From IMG/VR virus record IMGVR_UViG_2778261668_000001: DNA of 33,994 bases. The stretch is one strand, 5' to 3'. Source of the DNA: a virus (Duplodnaviria; Heunggongvirae; Uroviricota; Caudoviricetes). The notes beneath the pieces were generated by a model that was given only the letters and a program-made list of their open reading frames with translations, made no database searches and had not been told where the DNA came from. Each line of letters opens with the position of its first letter. Position 1 is the stretch's first letter. Made by a program: the position numbers and the translations under genes. Positions 9,664 to 20,993 of this stretch are shown piece after piece.

Positions 9664-11622
9664 TTACGCCGTACATTTCACCAGACCGCGGTGATCAACT
9701 GGCGCGACACCGGCGTCAATACGCACTTTCGTTGTCACGCCATCCACACTGAAGCCCTCCATCTGATCAATATATGGCGTATCCACACCGTTGAGATAAG
9801 CCACTTCAATCGTATCGGAGCCTTTGGACGCAGCCAGGTAGAAAGTGGTCTGGCTGTTATCATCAAGACGAGGCTCTGCAATAACGGTCGCAAAATCTTT
9901 CACCGGGTTAATAATACCGGCGTTAATGTCAGCCCCCTTGACACTTGAGGAGCGAATGACCTGGTTAGCAACAGACTCCATCGCCGTCGGTACCAGTACG
10001 AACGCAGGACGAATATTCAGATGACGCTCCCCCTCTTTCTGAACGCGCATCAACTGGCGGGCTTTATCCAGCGATGCCACGTCCATTGCAGCGCTCTCCA
10101 GTACGTTTGCATGTTTCGCTTTATCGAACAGACTTACATTATCTGTGGAGATTTTCGGGTTAGACGTCAGAATGGCATAAACCAGATCGGCAATAGTGGA
10201 TTTCGCCGCACGGCCCAGTTTCATCGGGACATCGGTCAGCATATTCAGATCATCATTGATAATGGCCTGACGGGTGATACTGAACAGCTCGCCATAGGTC
10301 GCCAGTGCAATAGTGGCCTGTTTATCTCCGGTGGTGACGTATTTATATTCCGCCCCTTCACGCACCTGACGCAGAGCACTGAAGCCCCCCATACCCACAC
10401 GATGGGCAATTTTAAAATCAGACAACTGACCTTTCCGCGTCCACTGTTCATAGGTTTCAGGGGCATCTTCCCAGCCCTGCAGAATGGCTTTGTTCGCAAC
10501 ATCCAGCAGAATATTACCGAAGTCAGACGTACTGTGTGTGAACGCCGCACCGACCATCTGCATCGGGTTATAACTGGAAACCCCAATACCCCGTTCAGTC
10601 AGTGACATACGGGCATATTCACGCAGGGTCATCCCGTTGTAGACATTATCACGTTCGGTTTTTTCAAATCCGGCACGCGCCATCAGCGCCTGGCGGATCC
10701 CGTCCCCCACAAAATTACCGTTACCGGCATAAATATGAGCCGGGGTATTTTTATTGGATGGCGTGGACTCGCGCCCCATCTCGTTCAACAGCTTTTCGCG
10801 GGCCTGCTCCAGCGAACATTCAGGATCGGCAAGACACTGAGCCTGCAGCGTCTGATAACGCCCGCCAAACATGGCAAACAGATCATTAATACCGTTTACA
10901 CGCGCTTTTTGCTCTGCCAGTACCTGCGCACGGATACTGTTTTCATCCACCACGGGTGCTGCTGCCTGCACTGGCGTCCGGGAGGCTGCAGGTTCATCAT
11001 CCTGTACGCGTGGAGCACTGTTGCGTGGCGGAGTAATCATGTTTCGAATGGATTCCGGCATCTTTTTAAATTCCTCTGTACGTTTTGACTGAATACATGC
11101 CATTGCCTTAACGGCTGGCGTTACCTGATCAGCAAATCCATGTGCCAGACATTCGGCACCGGACATCCAGGTCTCATCCGCCAGCATGGCAGCAATTTCA
11201 TCGGTGGTTTTCCCGGTTTTCTGTGCATAAGCGGGTAACAGAACCGCCTCAACCTTATCGAGCAGGTCGGCATAGGTGCGCATGTCCTCCGCATCACCGC
11301 CCGTAAAGCCAAATGGTTTATGAATCATCATGAAGGTGTTTTCCGGCATAATGACCGGGTTTCCCACCATCGCAATGACCGACGCCATTGACGCCGCCAC
11401 ACCGTCGACATAAACGGTAATGGACGCACCATGTGTTTTCAGCGCATTAAAAATGGCGATGCCTTCAAAGACATCGCCACCCGGTGAATTAATATGGAGA
11501 TTAATGTGGGTGATATCGCCCAGTGCATTCAGATCACTGATAAACTGCTTCGCTGTAACACCCCAGAAACCAATCTCGTCATAAATATAAATATCCGCGT
11601 CACTCTGGTGACCAGCCTGCAT
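9664..11622 (-). CDS. Prohead protease (ClpP/S14-like) fused to major capsid protein
   Basis: N-terminal ClpP-like domain (HINSPGGDVFEGIAIFNAL...MASVIAMVG) and C-terminal HK97-fold capsid-like region. ATG at 11620-11622 (MQAGHQSDADIYIYDEIGF) chosen because the longer ORF overlaps the portal gene. Confidence 0.8.
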   Translation of the reverse strand: MQAGHQSDADIYIYDEIGFWGVTAKQFISDLNALGDITHINLHINSPGGDVFEGIAIFNALKTHGASITVYVDGVAASMASVIAMVGNPVIMPENTFMMIHKPFGFTGGDAEDMRTYADLLDKVEAVLLPAYAQKTGKTTDEIAAMLADETWMSGAECLAHGFADQVTPAVKAMACIQSKRTEEFKKMPESIRNMITPPRNSAPRVQDDEPAASRTPVQAAAPVVDENSIRAQVLAEQKARVNGINDLFAMFGGRYQTLQAQCLADPECSLEQAREKLLNEMGRESTPSNKNTPAHIYAGNGNFVGDGIRQALMARAGFEKTERDNVYNGMTLREYARMSLTERGIGVSSYNPMQMVGAAFTHSTSDFGNILLDVANKAILQGWEDAPETYEQWTRKGQLSDFKIAHRVGMGGFSALRQVREGAEYKYVTTGDKQATIALATYGELFSITRQAIINDDLNMLTDVPMKLGRAAKSTIADLVYAILTSNPKISTDNVSLFDKAKHANVLESAAMDVASLDKARQLMRVQKEGERHLNIRPAFVLVPTAMESVANQVIRSSSVKGADINAGIINPVKDFATVIAEPRLDDNSQTTFYLAASKGSDTIEVAYLNGVDTPYIDQMEGFSVDGVTTKVRIDAGVAPVDHRGLVKCTA

Positions 11623-11635
11623 CCTGAACCAGGAA

Positions 11636-13144
11636 TTATTCTTCGGACTGGTCGTCGGTGTGCTGCGGCTCCTGTCGTTTCGTTGCGGCACTGCTGCCTC
11701 CTTTATCACTGGCCGGATCGGTATCAAATACCAGATCCAGCTTGCGGTTTTCATCAATTTCGGCCTTGCGCCGACGTTTGACATCATCCGGATTACGACC
11801 ACCAGCACGTACCCAGTCTGATTCTGTCGCCGCTCCACCACGAATCTGGATTTTCCAGGCCTCAGCCTCCTTAACAGGGTCAATCCACGGCATCACTGGT
11901 CCGGAATACACCGCGGTATACAGTGAAGAACGGTCAAGATCGCGGGGTAACCTGATAACACCGGATGCCACAGCCTGTTTCAGCCAGGCACGATACATCG
12001 GGCGGGTGACGGCACCAATAAACCAGTCCTGCAGGATCAGGTAGCCATCAGTAGACTCAACCAGTTCCTGACGCTGGGCGCTGTAAGTGCCGTTATAGTT
12101 GCGTGCCGTACTGGAAAAACTCAGACGACTGCCCGCCGCCACGGCACGCAACTGACCATTACGAAAAGTTTCAAGGTTAGGATTGGGACGATCCGACTTC
12201 ACCATTCCGATTTCTTCGCCGGGTTTCAGATCGTCGTAAATAATGCCTGGCTGAATGGTAAGCTCGCGTTCATTCTCCTTGCTGCCATTACCATCCGGTT
12301 CATAGCTCTGCCCGTCGCCTTTCCGGATGTACATCCCCAGAGCAGCGGCGATCCTTGCTGCAGTCAGCTCAGAATCTTCATACTCTTTCAGGGCACTGAG
12401 GCGGATCAGCACACCGGACAACAAAGACGTCCCGCGCATCTGGTGCAGACGGCGAACAAATTTAAGATGCAGCATTCGCTCTGCATCCACTTCTTTGGTT
12501 TCCATCTGCCGCCCGGATACGGGACGGCTTTTATACACCAGATATTTTTCGGGACGCCCCCAGTCATCAACAAACACGCCCTGATTCAGCCTGTTGCTCT
12601 CATCACTGGTCATGGGAATAAAGTCCGGCTCGAGCGCCTCCAGCCAGAAATGAACACCGGCAGAAGGCGTCAGGCTGTTTATGCGCCCGGAAACCATCTG
12701 GGCAAACACCTCACCATCGCGCAGCCAGGTACGCAGCATCAGACGTTCCAGCATCGGACGGGTAAACTGCCCGGTGACTTCCGGACTGACAGACCATTCA
12801 CTCCATCGGGTGCGTATCTCCGCTGCCAGATCACGGGCAATGGCCCCATTGCGTAATACCGGATGTGGCTCGACAATAATCCCGTTTTTCCCCACCACCC
12901 GTTCTTCCAGCTTGTCAAATACACCAATAACCAGATCGTGGTTGTTATCAAGGTAACGGGCCTGCTCACGTAACGACACGGCCCCGTACTGGCTTAACTG
13001 GTCGGCAGTTCGGTTTTCCCGCCGGGCTTTGTGTGTCCGTGTCGTTTTTACGGCCTCATAAGCCTGGATCACCGCACGGGAACGCAGCCTTGCCGCTTTC
13101 CATCCTGGTGAAAAAACGCCAATCACATCATCAAGAATTGCCAT
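11636..13144 (-). CDS. Portal protein
   Basis: About 500 aa with acidic C-terminus, between W-like and protease-capsid genes; start ATG overlaps the W stop (TGATG). Confidence 0.85.
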   Translation of the reverse strand: MAILDDVIGVFSPGWKAARLRSRAVIQAYEAVKTTRTHKARRENRTADQLSQYGAVSLREQARYLDNNHDLVIGVFDKLEERVVGKNGIIVEPHPVLRNGAIARDLAAEIRTRWSEWSVSPEVTGQFTRPMLERLMLRTWLRDGEVFAQMVSGRINSLTPSAGVHFWLEALEPDFIPMTSDESNRLNQGVFVDDWGRPEKYLVYKSRPVSGRQMETKEVDAERMLHLKFVRRLHQMRGTSLLSGVLIRLSALKEYEDSELTAARIAAALGMYIRKGDGQSYEPDGNGSKENERELTIQPGIIYDDLKPGEEIGMVKSDRPNPNLETFRNGQLRAVAAGSRLSFSSTARNYNGTYSAQRQELVESTDGYLILQDWFIGAVTRPMYRAWLKQAVASGVIRLPRDLDRSSLYTAVYSGPVMPWIDPVKEAEAWKIQIRGGAATESDWVRAGGRNPDDVKRRRKAEIDENRKLDLVFDTDPASDKGGSSAATKRQEPQHTDDQSEE

Positions 13145-13362
13145 CAGAACCTCGCCAGCCGGTACCCAGGATGCCCCCGTCGTCGTGTAATCAGAGCCGC
13201 AAGGCGGCGCTCCCACTCCTGCCGTCCCTGCCGGATCTCAGATAAGTTTTCCATGGTCATCTGCTGACCATTAAAGGTGACGGATTTTCCGTCCAGCACC
13301 GCCATTTCAGCTTCCGTATAACGCTGAATCATGGCTTCGATATCATTCTGGTTCATAACCAT
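13144..13362 (-). CDS. Head-tail joining protein, gpW-like
   Basis: About 70 aa ending RRRGHPGY, like lambda gpW (...RRRGPAGF); lies between terminase large subunit and portal. Confidence 0.6.
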   Translation of the reverse strand: MVMNQNDIEAMIQRYTEAEMAVLDGKSVTFNGQQMTMENLSEIRQGRQEWERRLAALITRRRGHPGYRLARF

Positions 13363-15455
13363 CCTCCGGAAGTCAGCCAGGGGTTAACATCGTCAGTTAC
13401 TGTTTTCTTCCGTTTTTGTTTTTTAACAGGCGTGGATACCGGTTCCGGTGAGGGTGACGGTTCGGTACTGTCCGGGACACACTCCAGCCAGGTTTCCAGG
13501 CTCGCCCACTCCGGTGCATCCGGCCAGCGGATCTTTTCGTATCCATGCAGAATGACCAGAGCCTCGGCATACACCATCAGGTCAAAAGCTTCGTTGGCAC
13601 CGCGACCCGGCTTACTCCATTTCCCGTCACTACTCCGCTCTTCATACGTCAGTTCGTCGTAAAACCAGCTCCCCAGCCAGTCAGGGAAATGCACATAGCC
13701 GGGACCTGGAGAGTCACGCCATAACGCGTTATTCACCCGGTCTTTCAGGGCATCCGTCTGAAGAAGCCAGAGCGGCACATCACCTGCGGCCTGCGCCCGT
13801 CGGCCCGTTCGTCCGGTGTTATCAGGGAATGTACGGGTGATCAGTTTTGCGCGCCGGATGCTGTCGCCCTTAAACAGGTAAATACGTTTACCAAGGCCAT
13901 CACGACGGCAACGACGCCAGAATTTATAGGCATTATCAGTGACCCCGTCTTCACCGCCGGAGTCCACCGCCATTGCCATCAGTCGCATTTGTTGAGAAGG
14001 ATCGGAGGCCAGCGGCCAGCTTTTATGAAAAACATCCGTCAGCAGGACATCCCAGTCTTCCGGATAGCTGGCCGGATCAATTCGCTGGCTCTCCCCGTCG
14101 CTGTCACCGCGCAATGACTGCGTGATGTTGTAACGATCAATAATCCAGCGTTCGCCACGGCTGCCATAGCCCGTTACCTGAACCACAAAACGGCGATGAC
14201 GTCCCGCCTGCACATCCACTGTCGCCACCAGGAAATTAACGCCATCCGGCACACTGCGGGAAGGAACTGGCTCTGCCCGCTGCTCAAGCAGTTCACTTTT
14301 TCGTTGCTCCATGCTGGCACGGGGAAGATAAGGTAATCCCCAGTCGGTATTGATAACCGTCTTGAGTGTTTCTTCACTTCCGGTTGTCTCGTATTCCTGT
14401 TCTGCAGTAAGCAGTTTGTAAACGAGTTGCGAGAGTGTCTGGTAAGCAGCTGCCGGACCCTCCATCCAGAATGACGCAATACGTGAGCGTCGGGGATCAC
14501 CATAACGACTGCCATCCGCATTGATGGATTCACCATCCCGCAACCAGACCCCACGTCCGTTCAGCTCACGTTTTTGTTCAGGCATAATCCGTCCTGAACA
14601 GGAAGGACACTGAATATAAGCCGCCTCACTTGCCAGCACGGGATCGGCAATATCACGGAAACCAGCAACCACATCGCCGCAGGGCTGAAAATACTCACCA
14701 CAGTGTGGACAGGGCCAGTACCAGCGACGGCGATCGCCACGGTTATAGAGCGACAGTATCCCCGTGGTTGGTGGAGCCTCATGCGGTGAAGTCCGTCGCC
14801 ATTTCACATCCTTCACATCCCTGCCGGGGGAACTCTCCACCAGCGTCATACCACTGGACATAAATGTGGTGGTACGTTTTGAGGCAAGAGAGAAGGCATC
14901 CCCCTCGCCATCAATATCTTCCGGAAAACGGTCATAATCCGTCAGCGCCACGCATTTATAATCTGATGAGGACATGATATTGACTGACGGCCAGCCGATT
15001 TTCAGGTAGTTGCCAGCAAGGAATGTTCTGTCATAAACGTTGTTGTCATTTTTGTTCGGACTCAGGCGACTGACCACTTCCGGGCTGACGCGAAACGTTC
15101 TGGCAAGTCGTTTTTTGGAGTGTTCGCGGGCTTTTTCCTCCGTCATCTGAATGATCAGCATATCAGCAGGATCGCAAATCACATTGTAAATCACCCAGCC
15201 GTCAATCAGGCCGATAGTCTTGCCAGTTCGTGCCGGGCCAACAAATATCACTGCGTCGTATTCACGCGAGGCCAGGCAGTTCATCGGCTCAATAACATAC
15301 GGTGCCACCAGCGGATCCCACGGGACTGAATTCCCGGCCCCCATGGGCACCCGCATATACTGAGCAACGGCATCAGCAACCAGCATTCGTCTCGGTGCGC
15401 GAAGGATATAACCTGAATCGGTTCGTGCTGCCTTTGCGGTTTCCTGATTCAGCAT
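13353..15455 (-). CDS. Terminase large subunit (lambda gpA family)
   Basis: 700 aa, Walker A-like GPARTGKT, follows the small subunit with overlapping stop/start. Confidence 0.9.
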   Translation of the reverse strand: MLNQETAKAARTDSGYILRAPRRMLVADAVAQYMRVPMGAGNSVPWDPLVAPYVIEPMNCLASREYDAVIFVGPARTGKTIGLIDGWVIYNVICDPADMLIIQMTEEKAREHSKKRLARTFRVSPEVVSRLSPNKNDNNVYDRTFLAGNYLKIGWPSVNIMSSSDYKCVALTDYDRFPEDIDGEGDAFSLASKRTTTFMSSGMTLVESSPGRDVKDVKWRRTSPHEAPPTTGILSLYNRGDRRRWYWPCPHCGEYFQPCGDVVAGFRDIADPVLASEAAYIQCPSCSGRIMPEQKRELNGRGVWLRDGESINADGSRYGDPRRSRIASFWMEGPAAAYQTLSQLVYKLLTAEQEYETTGSEETLKTVINTDWGLPYLPRASMEQRKSELLEQRAEPVPSRSVPDGVNFLVATVDVQAGRHRRFVVQVTGYGSRGERWIIDRYNITQSLRGDSDGESQRIDPASYPEDWDVLLTDVFHKSWPLASDPSQQMRLMAMAVDSGGEDGVTDNAYKFWRRCRRDGLGKRIYLFKGDSIRRAKLITRTFPDNTGRTGRRAQAAGDVPLWLLQTDALKDRVNNALWRDSPGPGYVHFPDWLGSWFYDELTYEERSSDGKWSKPGRGANEAFDLMVYAEALVILHGYEKIRWPDAPEWASLETWLECVPDSTEPSPSPEPVSTPVKKQKRKKTVTDDVNPWLTSGGWL

Positions 15456-15946
15456 TACTCCTCCTGCTGTAATTCCTCCTCATCATCCGCACCTGCTTCG
15501 GTCACCCGCAGGGCTATCTGATCGCGCAGATCATCAATAATGGACTGAACACGGCTCACAGCGGCAGGCTGCAGGCCGCAGTCACGTTCCAGAATATCCG
15601 GTAATGTCTCCAGCACCTGCACGACCGCTTTTGCCCAGATGGCAAACTCCCGTCTGACATCACTGGCCGGAATGAGTTGTGCCGTTTCCTGTTCGAACTT
15701 AAGACGCTCACGTTCAGACTGATACCAGGCTTTGCGTTCATGTGGATCCATTTCGCCCTCAGCAACCGGCGGTGGTAACCCCATAAATTCAGTCAGAATA
15801 TCGGTCAACCGGTATAGCTTGAGTTTGTCATGTCCACCAGCGGGACGAATGTTTTTCAGTCTTGCCACGACAGTCTGGCGGTGCAGACCAGATAAAGCCG
15901 CCAGTTGATTAATATTCAGCACCAGGTTTTTCAACTCATGATCCAT
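15455..15946 (-). CDS. Terminase small subunit (Nu1-like, HTH)
   Basis: 163 aa with N-terminal HTH (LNINQLAALSGLHRQTV), acidic C-terminus, strong SD GGAGGA; immediately upstream of the large subunit. Confidence 0.75.
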   Translation of the reverse strand: MDHELKNLVLNINQLAALSGLHRQTVVARLKNIRPAGGHDKLKLYRLTDILTEFMGLPPPVAEGEMDPHERKAWYQSERERLKFEQETAQLIPASDVRREFAIWAKAVVQVLETLPDILERDCGLQPAAVSRVQSIIDDLRDQIALRVTEAGADDEEELQQEE

Positions 15947-15965
15947 ATTTCCTCCGGAGAGCTTT

Positions 15966-16470
15966 AAACATGCATCGTGCGAACAACTTTAAGAAAACGC
16001 GTTCGATGTCGAACAAAAAACACTCAATTCGACATACAAAAAACAAATAACCATTAATAATCAATAAGATGCAAAGATGATGGTGGCCGATAAAAATGCA
16101 AAAACTAGCCTTTTTCCGCGACGCTCCCGCCCCGTGGCAGGGGCCCCCACCGGGAGGACCCGACAGCCTGACAGCCGTGACGAGCATCTGATACAGCGCT
16201 TTACATAATGGCATAGGAATAATTCAGAAGGACATCACAGCATGCCCACACAAATTAGTGTGAGTGTCCTGTTTCTTCCTACGCACAGGACTGACGAGCA
16301 TGAGGGGAAAATACGCGAACCGAAATGCCTTATCTTTAGAAATGCAGCCGGCATCCGAACTGGACGATATTGTAAATTCACCTAAATACGAGGCATTGCT
16401 GTAGTTGAATTGCAGTACTGTATTAGCCTGACAGTGACAGAATACGATATTGACTCTGTCACTTGTGAAA
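15966..16470. other. Candidate cos / packaging-initiation region
   Basis: Non-coding region 5' of the terminase small subunit with inverted ATGTCGAA / TTCGACAT motifs (about 15990-16040), an A-rich tract, then a GC-rich segment (16110-16180). Confidence 0.3.
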
Positions 16471-16498
16471 TGGTCAGAATGGTTAGCAGTTATGGTGA

Positions 16499-16705
16499 TC
16501 AGTCAACCACCAGGGAATAATCCTTCGTATTCTTATCGTGCTTTACTAACGCGGCCTCAATTGCCCTGAATGCTTCCAGAGATACTTGATGTGCTATACA
16601 TGCAATTACAACATCCGGGTAACCCATCGAAATGGTGCTATTAAGCATAGTTTTTACACGAACCTGCTCCTGGGAGGGGGCATCAGTGTATTGATCTTTA
16701 TGCAT
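16499..16705 (-). CDS. Hypothetical small prophage protein (68 aa)
   Basis: ORF only; lies between the cos candidate and the GnsB-like gene, as do small unknown genes in Qin. Confidence 0.4.
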   Translation of the reverse strand: MHKDQYTDAPSQEQVRVKTMLNSTISMGYPDVVIACIAHQVSLEAFRAIEAALVKHDKNTKDYSLVVD

Positions 16706-17000
16706 TTTGTCGCTCCATGCGTTTGCTCTTCACTTGCGGCTAAAAATATAACGTCAAATCACTCAGCATGAAAGTGTGAAAGTTTCAGCGCGTTTCCCTT
16801 ACATAATCTGTCGTTTGTATTCTCTCCAGGCATACCGGAAAGACTAGGTATTGTCACACAACCAATACCACCGACTATCGAGACTTATATCTATTCGGTA
16901 ATGTTTAAATATAACAAAACCCCGTAAAAACGAGGTTTATGGGTAAATTGTATTGTTGAATAGCATCTGATAAGAAATTGATGCTAATACTATAAACACA

Positions 17001-17177
17001 CTAGATTAAATCAATCTTGATATCATAGCTTTCAAGACCAGTCATTTTTTCCCGTGCAGTAAACTGGATACTGGTAACTTCTTTCCCGGTCTTTTTCTTA
17101 AGCTCAATAATTTTTTTTGTTATATATTCAGAAATATCTGCTTCTGTTTTTGTTTTTAACTCTTCAATGTTCATCAT
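17001..17177 (-). CDS. gnsB: GnsA/GnsB family protein
   Basis: MMNIEELKTKTEADISEYITKKIIELKKKTGKEVTSIQFTAREKMTGLESYDIKIDLI closely resembles GnsA/GnsB as recalled; SD AAGAGG. The ORF-track N-terminal extension is rejected. Confidence 0.75.
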   Translation of the reverse strand: MMNIEELKTKTEADISEYITKKIIELKKKTGKEVTSIQFTAREKMTGLESYDIKIDLI

Positions 17178-17346
17178 TTCCTCTTTTAGTCTGTTATGAC
17201 TTTCCTGGTACACAGTAGTGTCAATTATATGGAGCAAACGTATAAAAGATAAGATGAAACATCGCAATAATCAACATACGACAGTCTAAATTTCGCACAA
17301 ACAGATAAAGATGATTATCCTTTATTATCAAGGCATTAGAATGAAA

Positions 17347-17577
17347 TCAATTCAAGAGTCTCATTGCTGCTTCCAGAATTTCTTCTGAAGTTACATGTCG
17401 ATCCGCTGCTACATAAATGACTTTATGATCTCCGGTCAGAGATGGAAACCCTGCAGCCATTACAGTGAGATGTGTTGTTTCGCCATTTGGATATTCACGC
17501 ATGATGGTGTTAACTCCGGTCATCACTGGCACTACCATTGCTGGTTCAGAGTTAAAAAAAACTATTATTTTTTTCAT
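17347..17577 (-). CDS. Hypothetical small protein (76 aa)
   Basis: ORF starting MKKIIVFF; position equivalent to ynfN in Qin. Function unknown. Confidence 0.4.
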   Translation of the reverse strand: MKKIIVFFNSEPAMVVPVMTGVNTIMREYPNGETTHLTVMAAGFPSLTGDHKVIYVAADRHVTSEEILEAAMRLLN

Positions 17578-17848
17578 GATGTTACCGTAATATGTGAGTA
17601 TCCATCGACTAGACACTAAGCAAAAAAGCTCCCGAAGGAGCCTTCATTTTCACTTTCTTAAATCTAACGACAGACGGCTAACATTTAAGTATTGTGAAAT
17701 ATTATCAAATGTAATCATCATTGATTTACAAAAGATACATTTTGCCCCGAAAGGATTCCTGTCAGAAACATCAAAAGATGATGTTCTATACTGAGAACCA
17801 TGGCAACACGGGCATCTAAAGTGAATATGGTTTGTAATATTTTCTACC

Positions 17849-18061
17849 TCAAAGTGCCACTACATGAACAGCCGCGGGGCCTTTAGGTCCGTTCTCAATA
17901 CCAAATTCGACTTGCTGATTCTCAGTTAACGTTTTGAAATCGTTGCTCTGAATAGCTGAGAAATGGACAAACACATCTTTGCTACCATCTTTCGGCGTGA
18001 TGAAACCAAAACCTTTTTCAGGGTTAAACCATTTCACTAAACCAGTCATTTTGTTAGACAT
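17849..18061 (-). CDS. cspI: Cold-shock protein, CspA family (CspI-like)
   Basis: [38 protein letters not shown] with RNP1/RNP2 motifs; long AT-rich leader at 18062-18424, typical of csp genes. Confidence 0.9.
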   Translation of the reverse strand: MSNKMTGLVKWFNPEKGFGFITPKDGSKDVFVHFSAIQSNDFKTLTENQQVEFGIENGPKGPAAVHVVAL

Positions 18062-18424
18062 TATTATTACCTTTTGAAGAAGTTAGCCCTTGGGCAGAAT
18101 GGTCCGAAAAAAAATATCAGAGAGAAAAACCAACAAGGAAATCTCAAGAGGTACAAATAATAAAATTATAACAATGACTGCTTCAGATAATTTTGTAACA
18201 AACCAGAACACCATTAACGCATGATTAACCAACCATAGCAAGGATTACTTTTGTAAAGAAAAACACACGAATGAAACAATAGCTTTATTTATTAATAAAA
18301 CGTGTCATTCTGTCTAATGACCTTTTATCTTACCCTTAAGATTTCAAGGATTTTGACTCATGGAAGAGTCCTTTTTATTTAAATTTCACATTCAGCGCTA
18401 AAAATAATCCGATTTAATATTAAT

Positions 18425-19452
<1,028 letters not shown>

Positions 19453-19565
19453 GGATATTTATCAGGATTTATCGGCTTCAAATCCCCGGATATGTTAAAT
19501 CTTACCTCACCAGTGATGGGCACTGGCGGGAGGAGGATGTCAATCTGATAAACACAGAGGTGACT

Positions 19566-19826
19566 ATGGATTACACAAATCTACCAAAACAAACTTTTGC
19601 TGATTTAATCGCACTCAGGCAAGCAGTCGTAGCTCTAATCAACTTGTTGCCGGAGAAGGAAAAGGAATTAGTTAAAGCGCTTCTTAACAGAACTGCCGCC
19701 GATTTTTCATCATATCCACTGACAGATGACCTTGCGGACCTTCCTGAATTAATTGCAGCGTCCGCCATTAAGCTTACTGAAGAGATTTACCCTCCTCAAA
19801 AATCTTCACAAAATTCCTGCGAGTAA
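19566..19826 (+). CDS. Hypothetical 86-aa protein antisense to the late operon
   Basis: SD AGAGG 5 nt before ATG at 19566 (ORF-track start at 19560 is GTG); helical-looking sequence; own terminator 20 nt downstream; 3' end overlaps the convergent 183-aa gene. Confidence 0.4.
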   Translation: MDYTNLPKQTFADLIALRQAVVALINLLPEKEKELVKALLNRTAADFSSYPLTDDLADLPELIAASAIKLTEEIYPPQKSSQNSCE

Positions 19827-20325
19827 CTTCAATGCAATAATCGTAAAACGCCGCAAACTGCTCATCGCGGCGTTTTTTTTCATCTTCAGAAGGGATCAGC
19901 ACCGACAATTTTTTATTCAGATCAGCGACGCTGCCCTCCAGTTTTTCAATGGGCGATTCAATATCATCTTTTTCTGACCGCAATGCCGTCGGTGGCGTCT
20001 TCAGAGAACCAGTAATTCTTCCCGGTAGCTTTCCTTTGTAGGTTATCCACACATTCTGCGCCTCTAAAATTATGGGGCGCTTTTCCGGCGACTGCTCATC
20101 CCCTACACATAACCCGGCAGCAACATCCAGGAATACCTGTCTGATTCTCATTCTGGCTGCTGCCTCATAAAACTCCAGCGCGGCACCTTCAACACGGTCC
20201 AGCGAGATGTCCAGGTCAAAAATTTCACCGTCAAAGCGTTTTTTGTCCCGTAAGGCTACAGTTACCGCCACTTTATTCTCAAAATTGCGGACTCCTTTCA
20301 CAACCAGTTCATAGTCTTGTGTCAT
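19774..20325 (-). CDS. Unknown 183-aa protein inside the lysis cassette, between holin and lysozyme
   Basis: Long ORF starting MTQDYELVVKG, ATG 4 nt after the holin stop; no recognisable catalytic or transmembrane motif; N-terminal part possibly YdfR-like (uncertain recall). Confidence 0.6.
   Translation of the reverse strand: MTQDYELVVKGVRNFENKVAVTVALRDKKRFDGEIFDLDISLDRVEGAALEFYEAAARMRIRQVFLDVAAGLCVGDEQSPEKRPIILEAQNVWITYKGKLPGRITGSLKTPPTALRSEKDDIESPIEKLEGSVADLNKKLSVLIPSEDEKKRRDEQFAAFYDYCIEVTRRNFVKIFEEGKSLQ
19846..19881 (+). terminator. Rho-independent terminator of the 86-aa gene, inside the 3' coding region of the convergent 183-aa gene
   Basis: ACGCCGC-(12 nt loop)-GCGGCGT followed by a T8 run. 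Confidence 0.65.
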
Positions 20326-20329
20326 TGGA

Positions 20330-20545
20330 TTACTCTCTTCTCGCAACCTTACGCCTGTCTTCTTTAATCTTGAAATAAAGGTTTGTCAGATACGTCAGCA
20401 GGCCAAAAACCAGACTACCCAGCACACCGATTGCAGCCCACTGTGACGGAGTTACTTTATCGAGTAACTGCAATGCCCAGAAACCAGCATTACCAGCCGA
20501 TGTGCCATAGGCGATACCTGTTGTTAACTTATCCATTGATTTCAT
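20330..20545 (-). CDS. Class II holin (phage 21 S-type pinholin) with dual-start motif
   Basis: [28 protein letters not shown]...[31 protein letters not shown] closely resembles S21 as recalled; two start Mets (M1, M4) typical of antiholin/holin pairs. Confidence 0.9.
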   Translation of the reverse strand: MKSMDKLTTGIAYGTSAGNAGFWALQLLDKVTPSQWAAIGVLGSLVFGLLTYLTNLYFKIKEDRRKVARRE

Positions 20546-20763
20546 ATCCTCACCCCGATGTACACAGATGGTGCAATATGTTTGAAAAGATCGGAGTCTA
20601 TGGGTTAGTTTTTATAGCAAACGTTGTTCTCAACGGCGCTAAAAAACAGACACATTAAAAATGTGGGTAATTATTTTAAAAGAAAATCATATATTAAATA
20701 ATAATACGAGATATGTTTTCATATTTAGTGTACTGTATACGGCCATTTATACAGGAAAAGCCT

Positions 20764-20934
20764 ATGTCAGAACGTAAAGACTCAAAATCACGCCGTAATT
20801 ATCTCGTTAAATGTTCCTGCCCAAACTGCACCCAAGAGTCAGAACACAGTTTTTCAAGAGTACAAAAAGGTGCCCTTTTGATCTGCCCTCATTGCAACAA
20901 AGTATTCCAGACAAATCTTAAAGCTGTAGCTTGA
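20764..20934 (+). CDS. Small zinc-ribbon protein (56 aa; CxxC...CxxC), YnfU-like
   Basis: MSERKDSKSRRNYLVKCSCPNCTQESEHSFSRVQKGALLICPHCNKVF; SD AGGAAA. Name from recalled Qin annotation. Confidence 0.5.
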   Translation: MSERKDSKSRRNYLVKCSCPNCTQESEHSFSRVQKGALLICPHCNKVFQTNLKAVA

Positions 20935-20993
20935 TTGATTTTATTCGTAACAAGTATTTTTTATATTTTAATAACATATTTAAAGCAGATAAT

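Noticed and set aside
9691-11312. Multiple 60-190-aa ORFs antisense to or frame-shifted within the protease-capsid gene
   Set aside because: They overlap a confidently assigned head gene and lack RBS or protein-like composition.
11623-11883. ORF-track N-terminal extension of the protease-capsid gene (739 aa version)
   Set aside because: The extension overlaps the 3' end of the portal gene in another frame; the internal ATG at 11622 sits just after the portal stop.
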